Origin: Octopus bimaculoides
Lineage: Eukaryota
DNA: 36,836 nt
Assembly (NCBI RefSeq): GCF_001194135.2
Contig: NC_068981.1
Coordinates: 174,626,670-174,663,505, forward strand
Reading direction: 5' to 3'
Shown: positions 36,124-36,836 of the stretch, piece by piece
Numbering within the stretch: position 1 is the first letter of the stretch
Layout: every line of letters begins with the position of its first letter
Program-made: the position numbers and the translations under genes
The notes under the pieces: generated by a model
The model's input: the letters and a program-made list of their open reading frames with translations, nothing else
Databases searched by the model: none
What the model was told of the DNA's origin: nothing

Positions 36124-36443
36124 CCTGGATTCCGAGAACTTTCCGGTCTAGAGATATCCACACCATCATCCCTCTCTACTCTACTTTTGCCCGATCCCAT
36201 CTTGAATACTGTTGCCCACTGTGATCTCCCCATACGAAGCAACTCATTATGAAAGTGGAAGCACCCCAGAGGTCAATAACAGGAAAAATAGACGGCATGA
36301 CAGGCATTGACTATTGGGGTCGACTAAAAAAACTCAATCTCTATTCTCTCCAACACCGCCGGGAGCGCTACATCATTTGTGTGAGGTGGAAAATAATCCA
36401 TCAATATTGTACAAATGATGTTGGCATCAATTTTAAAATCCAC
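36117..36443 (+). pseudogene. CR1/L2-group LINE ORF2 C-terminal fragment
   Basis: A single frame reads MCSWIPRTFRSRDIHTIIPLYSTFARSHLEYCCPL*SPHTKQLIMKVEAPQRSITGKIDGMTGIDYWGRLKKLNLYSLQHRRERYIICVRWKIIHQYCTNDVGINFKIH. The motifs LEYC.P.WSP (W mutated to TGA at 36222-24) and RLK.LNL.SL..RR are typical of CR1-like RT C-termini. Confidence 0.88.
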
Positions 36444-36836
36444 CCACTACAAAAATCCGTCCACTACAAACATCCGTCCACTACAAAAATCCGTCCACTA
36501 CAAAAATCCACCCACTACAAAAATCCGCCCACTACAAACATCCGTCCACTACAAAAATCCACCCACTACAAAAATCCGCCCACTACAAAAATCCGTCCAC
36601 TACAAAAATCCGTCCACTACAAAAATCCGTCCGCTACAAAAATCCGCCCGCTACAAAAATCCATCCACTACAAAAATCCATCCACTACAAAAATCCGTAC
36701 ACTACAAACATCCGTCCACTACAAAAATCCGTCCGCTACAAAAATCCGCCCGATACAAAAATCCATCCACTACAAAAATCCGTCCGCTACAAAAATCCAT
36801 CCACTACAAAAATCCGTCCGCTACAAAAATCCATCC
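36435..36836. repeat. 17-bp minisatellite, consensus CCACTACAAAAATCCGT, 23 full units, running off the window end
   Basis: Units parsed from 36444 to 36834 with exact 17-bp periodicity; variants are substitutions only. Confidence 0.97.

Noticed and set aside
36435-36836. CRISPR-like appearance of the terminal repeat
   Set aside because: The units are head-to-tail 17-mers with no unique spacers, there are no cas genes, and the context is eukaryotic.

Overview
AT-rich, microsatellite-saturated animal genomic DNA with 11 assembly gaps (N runs, mostly abutting simple repeats), typical of a short-read assembly. From the SINE families and repeat landscape I infer a coleoid cephalopod, probably Octopus; this is recalled similarity, not a database result. 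I cannot identify an intact host protein-coding gene, and the window reads as intronic or intergenic. Nearly all long ORFs in the supplied track are microsatellite or N-run artefacts. The protein-like sequence I can recognise is all decayed transposon: (1) the 3' end of an R4/Dong-clade RLE LINE (1-291); (2) a weak Tc1 N-terminal relic; (3) three Penelope-like element (PLE) fragments: a 3' tail with a minimal hammerhead-ribozyme-like core, a GIY-YIG end with its tail, and an RT fragment; (4) a 910-bp internally deleted Tc1/mariner element with TIRs and TA TSD; (5) a CR1/L2-group RT fragment that runs into a 17-bp minisatellite. About 20 copies or fragments of three tRNA-derived SINE families (called A, B and C here) are scattered through the window, including nested, inverted and chimeric arrangements. 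No CRISPR, rRNA or true tRNA gene is visible. I found no convincing new multi-gene system. The best leads are the variant hammerhead core, the LINE-seeded minisatellite, TE-in-TE junctions and a few candidate exons or promoter motifs.
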